DNA of 64,000 nucleotides from Owenia fusiformis (GCA_903813345.2 CAIIXF020000001.1:32736001-32800000); one strand, 5' to 3'; counted from the stretch's first letter, positions 1-12,927 are shown. Numbers and translations: made by a program. The notes: a model not told the origin generated them from the sequence alone.

Positions 1-1819
1 GAGAGATGCTATTTTTGTCAAAATTTTGCCGTTTTCTAATACAAGAAATGAAAGCAATTGGCTTAATTTTGATTGTGACTGATAATAAGACATGTGAATG
101 GAAATAAAAATATTTTTAATAAATTCTCACAGGCAATTACATGAAAATCTTGAGAATAAATCCCCATATGGGCATTTTTGGGGGACTTATATGATTTCCT
201 GTTTCGAAAATGAATGTTCTTGTTGCTTTTGAGACTCCAACAGTTTCCTAATATAAGCATGTTTTAAGAGTTGGGATGTGATTATTATTTAAAATGCCCA
301 TGGGCAATTAGGATAATATGGCTGCAATTAAATGCACACAAGGGCACTTCCATTGGATTTTTTTATTTCAATTGCTTCTCGCCAGTTTTCTAGACATGTT
401 TGCCATATTCTAAATAGTTATAGGGTCACTTTTAATAAATGCCCATTGGCATTTGCATTGGAATTTGAAATGTCTGTATGAAGACTTAGTTTTAAAGTTA
501 TTTGCCAATTTGCTGTTCCAATATTTGAATTTTAATATGTATCATAAAATATAAATGTATACACTCAGAGGATTGCCTTAAATAATTTTTACTTATTCCC
601 AATTTAGAAAAACACTTAGGCCATTCAAAGATTTTTTATAATTAATGTCACTAAATTCTATGTTTTCAGAAAAAAACAAATGTTCCCATGTACTCTGTAC
701 TTGTAATGCATATAAATGACAGAGGGAATTGTGATCTTGAAATATATTGTATTGAAAGAGTTACAAGATTGATTAAAAACTACATGTATATAAGCTTTTG
801 TATTCTCTTCATTAACACGGTCATCTGAATCAAGAGGTGTTACTTGCTTTGCCACAATGTGTTATTGCATGGTTTTCACTATTAAATAATAGATAAAATC
901 CTCTAAATAATTTTTTTTTATTTAATTTTAGACCCTTCATCAGAATGCCAACATATATTAATTCTAAATGGCCTAATCTGTACATGCAGTTATGTAGTGT
1001 ACATGTATGCCCAGGTTAGCAGCCATATTGAAAACATAAACCAGTCAGCCTTATTTTCATCACAAAAGTTAGGTTTTAGTGGTGAGCCCACACTCCCACA
1101 ACAGTGATATTTGCAGAGAAGCTACTTTACAGTCTCTGCATTATGCAGTTTCAATATCTTTTTTGTGGGAGTGTGGGTTGATGGTTAAATTTTCAACAAA
1201 AGGAAATGAGCACCGTGCTAAAACTTGATAACAAAGTGAACAAAAAATGACAATGTTTTCCAGATTTGCATTGGTAAACTTTATACATAGCTAGATTTTG
1301 TTAATGTTCCACTCCGAATGCGTGTATGCCATATGTTCCATATAATAAATTCTATGTAATGATAAGTTTTGATATTATTTTGATGGTAAACATAGTGTGT
1401 ACCCATATTCAGACAGCCTTGTGATAGGGGTTCTTACTGCCAATTTTTCAAAGAAACTGAAAACTAATGCCACTTTTTGAAATTGCAGATCTCAAGAAAA
1501 AAGGTTTATCTACAACTTGCAATTGGTTTTAAAAGTAAATGGAAGAATGAGTTTTTTGGAAAAAGTGTAAGTTGACCATTAGTCTGTTAAATGGACCTGT
1601 TCTTTGAGATTTTAGAGATGAAGTATGTAGATATATAAGCACTAGTGCCAAAGGGAAAGGACCAAAAGTTGTAATGGAACTTAGCAAAAAAAAGCAAAAT
1701 CTAAGTGCATACCAGTCAAGAAAAACAAACCCAATATATATAGCCCAAAACCATGATCTAACGTGAAAAGAAACAATGTCTAATACCCCCTTTCCCCCAC
1801 CATTCAAGAATCAATATCA

Positions 1820-3151
1820 TTTCCTAAGTGACATCTATATTATTGAGTAGAGTGAATGTTTATTCTAAATAGGGAATTCGAAGTGGCAAGACGTACATTC
1901 AGCAGTGGTAAGCATATTTTGATTTACATGCCCGAGCAAGGGGCGCCCGAGCAAGGGGCGCCCGAGCAAGGGGCTAAAAATAAAAGACTTTGAGGGCCTA
2001 GAGATATAATGCCCGAGCAAGGGGCTAAAATAAAAGGCTTTGGGGGCCTAGAGATATAAATGCCCGAGCAAGGGGCTAAAAATAAAAGGCATTGAGGGCC
2101 TAGATATAAATACCCGAGCAAGGGGCTAAAATAAAAGGCTTTGAGGGCCTAGATATAAATGCCCGAGCAAGGGGCTAAAATAAAAGGCTCCAAGGGCCTG
2201 AAAATATATGCGCAAGCAGGGGGCAAAAAATATGAACCATGAGGGGTAATGAATAAAAGGCCTTGAGAGCCTAGAGATACAGAGATATATGCCAGAGCAA
2301 GGGGCTATTAAATATAACTATGAGACAATATAAGAGGCAAATATTTGACAGAAACAAAGAAAAATAGAACATTGATGACGTGAAAAATCTTGATAACATG
2401 GCCTTATAATGAACACTGGAAATTCAACGTGTTAATAACACAGTAAAATTAGAGGTCATTATACAGTACGTTATAGTACAGTGTGACGAAAATAATGACA
2501 CTCAGGTATAATCTGGTAATTGGCAATTGAATGAAAACTTGGGTTTACTCAATAGAAGGTAGGTTGAATTGTTTTGACATGACTGGATAACCTATGCAAG
2601 TGATTGGTTATGTAATGGTTTAATTCCATGTACCCTCTTGTAAACTAATTTGAAAATGACTTGAGTTTGTAACATTTGAAACTAGTGAAGTCTGATAAAC
2701 AATTGGCTTCTCTTTACATCTAAAGTCCGGGAGCACTGATCTCTTAGTGGTTTTAACCATGTGGACTTCGGATGTGAGAGTTGTCTCTCCACAGTAGGAG
2801 GTAATTTGCAATTGAGGTTAATTACTCATGTTAGGGGACTGATTTTCCCCACCAGTAATTCATGAATGAAACATTGATATGAGGTCAATTTTAGGTTTTA
2901 TTAGCTTCATAATTACATCATGGAAAACCATCTACTAGAACTACTATACTGGGAGAGATTGCTCTCAAATCCGATGTCCACGTTAGTTTTTTGTTAATTT
3001 TTTATTAAAGATTTGAGGATTGGGAGTAGTAAAAATTAACAAATCACATTATTCAGGATGTAAATACACCGTAAAGTGTAAAATTAAATGTGTATTTCAC
3101 CCAATCCTTTAACATGAAATCTACTTGAATGTATGGATGTCACTTAGGAAA
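1820..3151. mobile_element. Non-autonomous element with 16-bp inverted termini (TTTCCTAAGTGACATC ... GATGTCACTTAGGAAA), copy 1
   Basis: Inverted termini at 1820 and 3136-3151. The first ~60 bp and last ~65 bp recur in the adjacent short copy. No coding capacity; superfamily unclear. Confidence 0.7.
1930..2310. repeat. ~50-bp minisatellite (GCCCGAGCAAGGGGCTAAAATAAAAGGCTTTGAGGGCCTAGA..) inside the element above
   Basis: About 7 degenerate tandem units plus short GCCCGAGCAAGGGGC sub-duplications. Explains the repetitive ORF 1924-2121. Confidence 0.9.
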
Positions 3152-3157
3152 CATAGA

Positions 3158-3435
3158 TTTCCTAAGTGACATCTATATCATTGAGTAGAGTGAATGTTTA
3201 TTCTAAATAGGGAATTCGAGGGAGGTAGTCATTAGCGAATGGAATGGATAATAGTTGACATATCATGAAATTTGGATGAAATATCATGAAATTGGGAAAT
3301 GATTGAAAAATAAGTTACCCTCCCACCCAACCCATTTCCTGAGGCTGTACATTCTGTTGGGTTTCACTTAAATATGTATTTCACCCAATCCTTTAACATG
3401 AAATCTACTTGAATGTATGGATGTCACTTAGGAAA
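3158..3435. mobile_element. Short copy 2 of the same inverted-terminus family, directly abutting copy 1
   Basis: Same two ends as 1820-3151 with a different ~150-bp interior. Flanked by CATAGA at 3152-3157 and 3436-3441. Confidence 0.7.
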
Positions 3436-4499
3436 CATAGACAATCCAAGACCAGAAGACCAAGGGACATTTCATTCATACTGAAGTCATTACAATACAT
3501 GTTGAAGAAAAAATTAGAAATTGATAGCCAATTGATAGCCAATACTCATAACCTCAAAACTTGTTGTAGATACAAGTACTCATACAAGATAGAGCATTCA
3601 GTCTCAAATGATGTGGGATAGATAAAATCCAGTCTCCAAGTCCATAGGCGTTTCAAAGGGTCAACATCAATTCACAAAAGCCGTCGCCATAATCCATAAA
3701 ACACAATAATTCACAATGGTCATCAGGAGAAAACTATGGCTGGTTTCGATCCCTTAATGATTTGTATTTTTCAGCAAACACTGGCATGTAGCGATTATAG
3801 CGATACTGGATACTTTACTGAATTGTGTCGAAGTTAGATCTAGACGTGTGGTGCGGAAGTTAATATGCAGATGACCATCATTTCAATGTTATATTGTTTT
3901 TAGGCAAATTGAGATTAGGCCATTGGAGTATTTGTTTCACACATACATAAAGCATAACGCATTCAAGGGTCACATTTATCATTAAACCAATAACTCAAAC
4001 ATATGACCTTGTACACCGACCACCTCTTGAAATCAATGCAGGCTGATTTCAACGAATGCAAACGGTGATATATAAATGAAACATAATCAAACATGACCAC
4101 GTCCCAACTTCTTTTGTTTTCTTTACAACTAAGCTATGACTGCAGTCTATTCAGTGTTGCGTATCGAACCTTGTTTATTATAAAAATAGTGCAACAACAA
4201 GCAGAATTCACACATTTACCTTATACTTATTCTCAACTGAAGACATTGAATTCATCTCTTAGGTTTTACGTTATAAATATCTAACATGCAGAATACGAAA
4301 ATAGAGGCTTCGGCCCAACTTTGTATGGATTTTATGAAAATAATCTGATTTTAGAGAAATGAAAAGAAAAATGTCCACACCCTACACAAAATATTTATGG
4401 TTCCCCGGGAATACTTATGTGTTGCTTGTATATAAGAATCGTATTCCAGTTACAGAAAGAAGTACATATCATGCTAAACTATATATATATATATATAAT

Positions 4500-7400
4500 A
4501 TATAGGGGTTATGCACTGGGAGGTTTTGGATAAAGGAAATATCCCGAGTGATATACAATATATCTTCCCAAGGGACCGAAGGGACCGAGGGAAGATGTAT
4601 TGTATATCCCAAGGGATATTCCATGTATCCAAACCGACCGTGCATAACTGGTGTATCTCATTCTTGAGTGGGTTTAGGGTAGATATAACCGTTTCCACCT
4701 TTTTCAAATGACAAGATATTTATATTTAACATTTTCGTAATATTCTTTTTGTTCAATACAATGAAATTGTAACATTTAAACTTAAAAAAATTAAATTTCA
4801 AAAATAAAAAATTAAAAACTTTTGATATTTAAACTTTTTTAAACTTTTGAAAAATTCCCGGGAGCGGGATGGATATATTATATCTGCCCGCATTTGGCCT
4901 GGAGCGGGACATATACAATATATCCTGCCCGCTCCTCAGATACGATATATATTCCCGGGTGATATCTACCCCAAACCCACTCAAGTATGAGATACATATA
5001 TATATTTATCGTCTATTATCCTTTGACAAGTAGAGTAGAGAATAAAAATAAAAAATTTAAAAAATTCAAAAAAGTAAATAAGATTATTTTTTTAGAAAAC
5101 TACTTGGTATATGATAAAGCAGATATGTGCGGTCGGTTTGGATATGGGGTTTATCCCTCGTGAGATATGCACGTCTACCTTCGGTCCCTATGGTCCATCA
5201 GGTAGATATAGAGATTATCCTATATGAGGTTCGGGATATTGGGATTACCCCGAGGCAAATATAATATATCTGTCCGAGGGCCGCAGGTCCCGAGGGAAAA
5301 TATATTTTATTCCATAATACTACTGTTTTCCCAGGGAAATATGAAGGAAAATCGTATTGAATCGTATTACATGAAAAAATCGTATTGTCCCCGGGAAAAA
5401 ATCGTATTGGAGCGTATTACATGAAAAAATCGTATTGTCCCCGTGAAAAAATCGTATTGGAGCGTATTGACCTATTTTTTAGTTTCCCGGTTATTTTATT
5501 TATTTATTTTATTTTTCAAACAATGTGCATTTATTAATATAACGTTTGTATTATCCAAATGTAACATTCCAGAGGGATGTATTATGGAATAAATAGGTTA
5601 TTTCTGGTAAGGATTGAATATGGGTTTTATTCCTCGGAAAATATGATATTGACCTTGGGCAATATGATATTGACACTCGGTCGCTGCGCTCTCGGTCAAT
5701 ATTATATTACCCTTCAGTCAATATCATATTGTCCCTCGGAATAAAACCCATATTCAATCCCTCCCAGTAAATAACCTATATTTATCATATGCCAAGTAGA
5801 GTTTTAGGGAGATAAGTTGGTAAGATATATCCCGTATCCTGATTTGAGGTTTCCATATCCAGAACCTCCATATCTCCCGCCATATCTCCCGCTTCGGTGC
5901 ATATCTTCCCGCTTCCGGTGCATATCTTCTCGCTTCCGGTAATGCAATAAAATGACTTTGCATATGAATGATTTGTTCATTTTTACACCTTGTACTATTG
6001 AAATGGCCATATGCCCTTGAAAACTCTACTTGGTATAGGATAAAGCAATTATGTACGGTCGGTTTAGATATGGGGTTCATCCCTCGTGAGATATGCACAT
6101 CTACCTTATTCGGAGCCTCAGGTAAATATGCATATCTCCCTCTGGATAAACCCCATATCCAAAACCTCCCTGTACATAACCCTTATTTATCCTACACTTA
6201 GTGTACTAAATGTATAATAACATTAAAAAATAAATTTGATATTTATTGGCAAAATGAATATCCGTAGGATATCGAAACGATATACTCCGGGCGGAGGATA
6301 TCGTGACGATATACTCCGGAAAATCCATATTTCAGAATATCATTTTAATCTACTCGGTGATATTGATATCAATATCACCTCGTAGATAAAAATGATATTC
6401 CTCAAAATCATAGGATATCCTATAAGTATTCCATACCTGATGAGGTTTCAGGGGCATATCAACCGGGAATATATTCCATATCCGGCAAATATTTTTTGTA
6501 TGTCCTGCTCCGACGGAGCTCCGGGACATATAAATCGTATGTCCCGCTCAAAAAAATGTTAAAAATAAATTCGGGAAAAAAAATTGAAAAAAATTGTGGA
6601 AAAAAATTATGTAAAAAAAATTTGAAAAAAATTTGAAAAAAAAGTTTTGAAAATATTCTGAAAAAAAATTATGCCAAAAAAAAGGTAAACAAAATTTTGA
6701 AAAAATGGGAAATAAATTTGAAAAAAAATGTGGGAAAAAAATTGAATGGGAAATAAATTTGAAAAAAATATTTGAAAAAAATCTGAAAATAAAAATTTGA
6801 AAAAATTTTGGAAAACAATTATGTAAAAAAATTTTAGAAAAATTTGAAAAAAAATTTTTGAAAATATTCTGAAAAAAAAAGTATGCAAAAAATTGTGAAA
6901 AAATGTTTAAAAAAAATTTTGGACAAAAAATTAAAAAAAAATTTGGGAAAAAATTGAATTTTTTTTTGAAAATGGATATGATATCTGCACGAGCGAGCGT
7001 AGCGATGTTATTTTTATTCCATAGATAAAGGATTTTTGCTACTTCAGACTCAAAACGAGGCTAAGTGTCAACATCGCCGGATCGTTTGGAAAATTCGATT
7101 TAAATCACTTACGCTCGCTCGTGCAGATATCATATTCATTCGTGGATAAAAATCATATCTCTCATAAATCATAGGATATCCTCTATATCCCATGGTTGCA
7201 ATGATATAGATCGAATATCACATGATGATATATTTGATATTTGGACCAAGATATCATATTTTAGCAAACAATTTACAAACCATCGAATATCACTTTTAAA
7301 CTATCGAATATCACGTCTTAAAAAGTGATATTCGATGGTTTGAAAAGTGATATTCGATGGTTTCGAATTTTTTCAAAAAATGAATTTTGAATATTTGATG
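4500..7400. mobile_element. Cluster of abutting hairpin-bearing non-autonomous elements (probably Crypton-derived)
   Basis: Long imperfect hairpins at ~4505-4650, 5594-5778 and ~6040-6193, with partial ones at ~5112-5305, 6260-6424 and 6975-7185. Several are joined to an IR-bounded body (4653-4995, 5307-5592, 5781-6045). Begins in a (TA)n tract. The Crypton call is inferred from the ORF remnant at 13640. Confidence 0.6.
6550..6970. repeat. A-rich low-complexity tract (AAAAAATTTG-like)
   Basis: Runs of A interrupted by TT/TG. Source of the spurious Phe-rich ORF 6607-6888. Confidence 0.9.
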
Positions 7401-7423
7401 ACGTAAATCAAGATAATTTCTCC

Positions 7424-7633
7424 TCACATCTTAGCTATACCACAGGTTTGGGAAAAGTGTACAGGAAAATCTCCATGTTCAATTGATGTATGATCAATAT
7501 ACGAATCGAATGTATTCTCGTGTGCATTACAATATCCACATTGAAACATTTTTGGCCTGCAATGGACGTATAATGGATTAGAATATGAGGCCGTGTTATC
7601 ATTCAAATATAAAGTCATGGTATCGGGTTGCAA
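7424..7633 (-). pseudogene. Small C2H2-type zinc-finger fragment (FQCGYC...H-x4-H), probably a transposase N-terminus remnant
   Basis: Cx2C-x12-H-x4-H pattern in the ORF, with spacing matching the finger at 10590-10680. No further domains visible. Confidence 0.35.
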
Positions 7634-7947
7634 GTTAATATCAGATTCAATGCAAATTAATCATTTAATATCAGATGCGTGATCAGTCCAATAATGTAAT
7701 TTCAGGTCATCAGTTCGATATCTAGCAGTTGTTCTAACGACACGGTATTACTAGGCTATCATGTTATAAATACACACATATATAAATAAATCAAACTGGT
7801 ACACGATATAAGCACGACTGCTCTTTCAATTGAGTATAAATGTTGATAAACTTACCCGGAAGCCAACACATACACGTTTAGACGATGCTATTTTCAGTTC
7901 AGTGTAAGAGTAAATGCCCGGATATCGAAGCTTTTTCGTGTAAAGTT

Positions 7948-8325
7948 TTAACCAAGTATGTAGAATCGGGTTATATTGCGTGTAGAATTTATCGATATCA
8001 GGGCCGCTACATGCCAGTGAGCAAAGCCCAGAAAGAATTTCTTAAGTTTTATAGAATTATAACCTTGACCTAACAGTTTGATCACTAAAGTACTGTGTCT
8101 TGACTTAAAATCTAAATATTTAGCACAGTGTTTAGAGCATGCCCTGCCATATCTAATAAGCTGGGATACATAGACACCATATGCTGGATTTAATGGAATA
8201 TTACTGTCTAAATGGGGAAAATTCACAATATCAAAGCTGAAATCATCTCGTTTATCATACAACTTACAATATATACTGTTGTCTTGATCAATGTTAATGA
8301 GAAGGTCAAGATTAGGCGCATTCAT
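7948..8325 (-). pseudogene. Fragment of a Penelope-like retroelement reverse transcriptase (C-terminal RT/thumb region)
   Basis: Motif LYDKRDDFSFDIVNFPHLDSNIP...AYGVYVSQLIRYGRACS...KLLGQGY is typical of invertebrate PLE RTs. 5'-truncated, no catalytic YxDD and no GIY-YIG domain. Confidence 0.8.
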
Positions 8326-8809
8326 GTTCGATTCATTGGTCTATTTTAAAAAGACATGGTGAAAATAAATAATAAAGATAATTATCAAAACTCTCGCTAA
8401 TCGTCATATTTTCAATAAATCAAAAAAATTGGGGCAAATGTTCATCTGATAATATCAGATAATATTGATAATTTTCAAAACTATTGCTTATAGTTATAAT
8501 TTTAGTTACATCAAAACTATCACTTTTATTGATTACAATTTCTTGGTCTGGAGCAAATGTTTCATAGAAAAGGGCCCGTGTGAAATTAGCATTATCTGAT
8601 AATTTATAAAAACAATTGATAATTATCAAATCTATCGCTAATTTTGGTAATTTAACTGTTATCAAAACTATCACTTTTATTATATATTTTTGGGGCTGGC
8701 TGGTAACAATGAAATTATATATTATCACTTTATTGATACAAGAACACAAATGTGTACAAAATGTCCCCATCAATGGGTGATCCCATCAAATGGTTATCCT
8801 GAAAATGAC

Positions 8810-10225
8810 TTTACTGACACAATTTGAGGACGGAAAATCCAAAATTTACCCAGAATCCCCAAAAATTAGTTGGTTCTATATTTTCATACTAAGAACCACC
8901 CCTGAAAATTTGAAATTGATCCGTCAAACAGTTAAACAGAAAACATGTAAACAAGACTTTACAGACCAGATTTTAGGATGGAAAATCCAAAATGGCTGCC
9001 TTGACATTTACCGAGAATGTCACAAAAATAATCAGTTCTAGATTTTCATACGAAAAATCATCCCTGAAAATTTGAAATTGATCTACCAAACGGTTCACCT
9101 GGAAATGCGTAGACAAGACTTTACAGACAAGATTTTAGGACGGAAAATCCAAAATGGCTGCCTTGACATTTACCCAGAATGCCCAAAAACTAATCAGATC
9201 TAATTTTTATACTAAGAATCATCCCTGAAAATTTGAAATTGATCTACCAAACGGTTCACCTGGAAATGCGTAGACAAGACTTTACAGACAAGATTTTAGG
9301 GCGGAAAATCCAAAATGGCTGCCTTGACATTTACAAAGAATGCCAAAAAACTAATCAGATCTAGATTTTCATACTAAGAATCATCCCTGAAAATTAGAAA
9401 TTGATCTGCAAAACGGTTCACCTGGAAATGCGTAGACAAGACTTTACAGACAAGATTTTAGGACAGAAAATCCAAAATGGCGACATTTACCCTGAATGCC
9501 CGAAAACTAATCCGATCTAGATTTTCATACTAAGAATCATCCCTGAAAATTAGAAATTGATCTACCAAACGGTTCACCTGAATATGCATATACAAGACTT
9601 TACAAAATTAGAAATTGATCTACCAAACGGTTCACCTGGAAATGCGTAGACAAGACTTTACAGACAAGATTTTAGGACGGAAAATCCAAAATGGCTGCCT
9701 TGACATTTACCAAGAATGCCAAAACACTAATCAGATCTAGATTTTCATACTAATAATCATCCCTGAAAATTAGAAATTGATCTACCAAACGGTTCACCTG
9801 GAAATGCGTAGACAAGATTTTAGGACGGAAAATCCAAAATGGCTGCCTTGACATTTACCCAGAATGCCCGAAAACTAATCAGATCTAGATTTTCATACCA
9901 AGAATCATCCCTGAAAATTAGAAATTGATCTACCAAACGGTTCACCTGGAAATGCGTAGACAAGACTTTACAGACAAGATTTTAGGACGGAAAATCCAAA
10001 ATGGCTGCCTTGACATTTACCCAGAATGCCCAAAAACTAATCAGATATAGATTTTCATACTAAGAATCATCCCTGAAAATTAGAAATTGTTCTACCAAAC
10101 GGTTCACTTGGAAATGCGTATACAAGACTTTACAGACAAGATTTTAGGATGGAAAAATCCAAAATGGCTGCTTTGACATTTACCCAGAATGCCCAAAAAC
10201 TAATCAGATCTAGATTTTCATACTA
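8810..10225. repeat. ~161-bp tandem repeat array (central repeats of the HINE-like element), about 9 units
   Basis: AGACAAGACTTTACAGACAAGATTTTAGG recurs at 9111, 9272, 9434 and onward, with some internally deleted units. Confidence 0.95.
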
Positions 10226-12464
10226 CACTGTGGCTAGTCGATCTATGTGGATGCAGTTATTTATATGCAATGTATCGTGGGTACTCGCGTACATTATATG
10301 GAATGGGATCATTGTAAAAATATGACAGCAAATCGAGGTAAGTGGTCTCAGAGTTTCTACTAAACATTGTGACTTGAAATCTTACATACATATTCAATAT
10401 ACATAGTATAACAATGTGTGAAAGTTTCATCTACCATATTCCTGTTATTGGGAAGATATTTGAAAAAAAAATTCTTAAACGTCAACATATATGTATAAAA
10501 TGGATGCCTCCATGTATCATTTGGATTCAGAACGGTAACAAATGGATGCTACAATAATTTATACTTTTATAATGATTATTTATTTACTGATGGACAACTG
10601 GTTTGAGTTTCTTTGTATACATTGTATGGATAAACGTTCCTCATTCAGTAAAGTAATTAGCCACACCATTACAAGACACCCTCATGAAGAATTGAAAATA
10701 CTATATATAAACCCATCAACTGGAAAATACCATTACAGTTGAAAAACTATGGTTTTATCCCTTATACTGTTAATTTGAAATACGGATCCATAACATGTAA
10801 TGATGACAATGAAAATATTGAAATTAGGTACACGAATGAAGTGAATTCAGAGCCAAAGACCCATCAACCCACTGGAATACCCACAAATCAAGTTTCATAG
10901 CCATCAGTTTTGATTTTGAATCAACATTGAATTGCATGATTTCATTTATACGAGTATTAATGACTGCTTACATTCCAATGTACATTTAATAACATAATAT
11001 AGTGTAACTCTCAAGAAACACTCGATCGGATCATTGAATTTCAAGTCCTAGACGGGTAGTTTGCTTTTTTATGCAGGTCAATCTGATAACGTTTTGATTG
11101 GTCAATCAGCCTAAAGTCACACGCCGTGTCCATGCAATCTTTACAATCAATAAGGTTTCGCGATACCCTTAGGTAGCGTAGGTATTATGGGAATCTCGGA
11201 ACCGCTGAATAACTTAGCATAATATCAGTGATGATGCATTGGATTGTACAAGGTGGTACTAATTCAAGATCAGATAAGTAAATAAATACCGACTTGGGCA
11301 AGGCTACAAGTTTCAGAGCCATTAACATTCCTTGAAAGTGACAATGAGCAGCCAACAGATTGACCATCCGTAAATCTGGATGATTTTGTCAGCTCAGCTG
11401 AACGAGCCTACAGATTCCTTGAAACAAATGACCCAAATTCAAGAATAATATTATCTATTTACAATTTTTTGAAATCGTGGTAAGTGGAATCATTCCAATT
11501 TCCAATATAGCATTATTATTGTTTTTGGACACTGTGGATTAAAATATTAAAAATACACACATTCAAAATGATTCAATTAAAACCTAGCCAGTCTGTTCAT
11601 TGAATTCAATAAGAACGTCTACTAATCCACATGATACATCATAATTAAATTGCTTTTTTAAAGCGGATATTTCATACCATAACCCCCAAAATATTATAAA
11701 ACGCATTGTTTTTGTATTTTACTTCACACAGACATATTTGTGAACGTGAAATAATTATACTACTTGGAATTTTTTATTCCCCATTATAAGGTAAACCTAT
11801 GGCAAATTATTCATACCTTCTCACAGCTATGAGCGAGATGATAAAACTGGTCGAGTGAACTCGTTTGAGTTATCTATTATTCGTAAATATGTCAGAGAAT
11901 GTGTGTTTATAGCGTAGCTTTGGTTTTGTAAATCAATGAAGTATGATATACACGGATGAGTAAATATAGATTATTTAAACAGAAGTGCAAAATTCTTCCA
12001 TTGAAAAGTACAGAGGCGGGCACTCACGAAACAATAGAGACCTTAAGATATACGGACGACCTGTACGTGTACCTGTAATTACACGTACACGTACAGGTTT
12101 TTTTAAATGATCCTTTTGTGCGCCTAAAACAAGTCCTTAGTCACTCGTCGACGTGTACGTGTACGAAACAAGGAATTAGTGGGTATCTGGTGATGAAAGT
12201 ATGATATTTTAAATCGACCTACACACATATCCATAGTGATTCTGTATGGGGGAAGTGTAATTTGCTTAAGGCATACAGATACAAAGTATACCAATGGGTG
12301 TTAGGTGATTGGATGAGGTAAAGATTTTTTATTTATTTCCAATTGTTGCTATGTAGATATTTATCACTTGATAATTGTCTCTTGATAATTTGAGGAGATT
12401 TGTTTGTGTGTTAAACTGCTTGATTGTTTGTTTGTTTTATGTAGTGGTTCTTACTAAAAAGCAT

Positions 12465-12927
12465 GGTGGTCTGTCTGCCTGCCAACATGTCGTTCAGCCT
12501 GTTAGCCTGTCGTTCTGACTGCCAGCCTATCGGTCTGCCAGCCTGTCCGTCTGTCACCCAGTCGGTCTGCCAGCCTGCCGGCATATCGGTCTGTCGTTCT
12601 GTCTGCCAGACTGTCGTTCTGTCTGCCAGCCTGTCAACATTCCGGTCTGTCAGCCTGCCAGCATGTCGTTCTGTCTGCCAGTATGTCAGCCTCCCGGTCT
12701 GCCAACATGTCGGCCTGTAAAATTGCCGGTCTGCCAGCCTGCCGGCATTCCGGTCTGTGAGACTCCAAGCCTGTCGTTCTGTCTGCCAGCCTGTCGGACT
12801 GCCAGCCTGACGGTCTGCCAACCTGCCGGTCTGTCATGATCAGACTGTCTGTCTGTCTGTCCGTCCGTCCGTCCGTCCGTCCGTCCGTCCGTTCGTCCGT
12901 CTGTCCGCCCGCCCGCCTGTCTGTCTA
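12465..12927. repeat. Degenerate CTGT/CTGC/CAGC minisatellite ending in (GTCT)n-(GTCC)n microsatellite
   Basis: Repeated GTCTGCCAGCCTG motifs. Source of low-complexity ORFs on both strands. Confidence 0.9.

Noticed and set aside
10226..10270. Complete RSS (heptamer + 12/23 spacer + nonamer) or ProtoRAG element
   Set aside because: Only a heptamer-like CACTGTG is present. No ACAAAAACC-like nonamer at 12 or 23 bp, and no RAG1 core or RAG2-like sequence in the window.
12411..12837. ORFs rich in QTDR/LPAC repeats
   Set aside because: Translations of a minisatellite on both strands.
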